Below are positions 63,926 through 64,000 of a DNA stretch of 64,000 nt, piece after piece. Source of the stretch: Octopus sinensis (lineage: Eukaryota). How positions within the stretch are numbered: position 1 is the first letter of the stretch; each line of letters begins with the position of its first letter. Where the stretch lies: the NCBI RefSeq assembly GCF_006345805.1, contig NC_042998.1:193378001-193442000 (forward strand), read 5' to 3'. A program made the position numbers and the translations under genes. The notes beneath the pieces were generated by a model. That model made no database searches. It was not told the DNA's origin and saw only the letters and a program-made list of their open reading frames with translations.

Positions 63926-64000
63926 GTGCTTGTGTGTGTACATGTGTGTATGTGCGTATGCGCGCGTGTTTGTGCGTGTACGTGTGTGCATGTGTACTTG

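Overview
AT-rich eukaryotic DNA saturated with repeats; no intact protein-coding gene or host exon could be recognised. It is probably intronic or intergenic. The SINE families and microsatellite load resemble octopus (coleoid cephalopod) DNA, but this is an inference from recalled repeat content, not a database result. Nearly all long ORFs in the track are translations of microsatellites or SINEs. The window holds decayed DNA transposons (a mariner, a Tc1 DD34E element with IR/DR ends, a maT/DD37D-like fragment, two copies of a 30-bp-TIR MITE and a probable non-autonomous Helitron). It also holds fragments of RTE, CR1/L2, L1/Tx1 and Penelope (GIY-YIG) retroelements, many tRNA-derived SINEs with clear TSDs (single, multimeric and head/tail-swapped), and large simple-repeat tracts. 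The most notable signal is a set of hammerhead-ribozyme (HHR) motifs. Three are in the canonical minimal type I order typical of Penelope-like elements (10893, 41171, 49403) and several more are degenerate. Two motifs of unrelated sequence (43889-43951 and 61616-61665, minus strand) have all three hammerhead modules base-paired in register, but in a reversed order that is not a circular permutation and would require a pseudoknotted fold. All RNA structures were found by eye and are untested.
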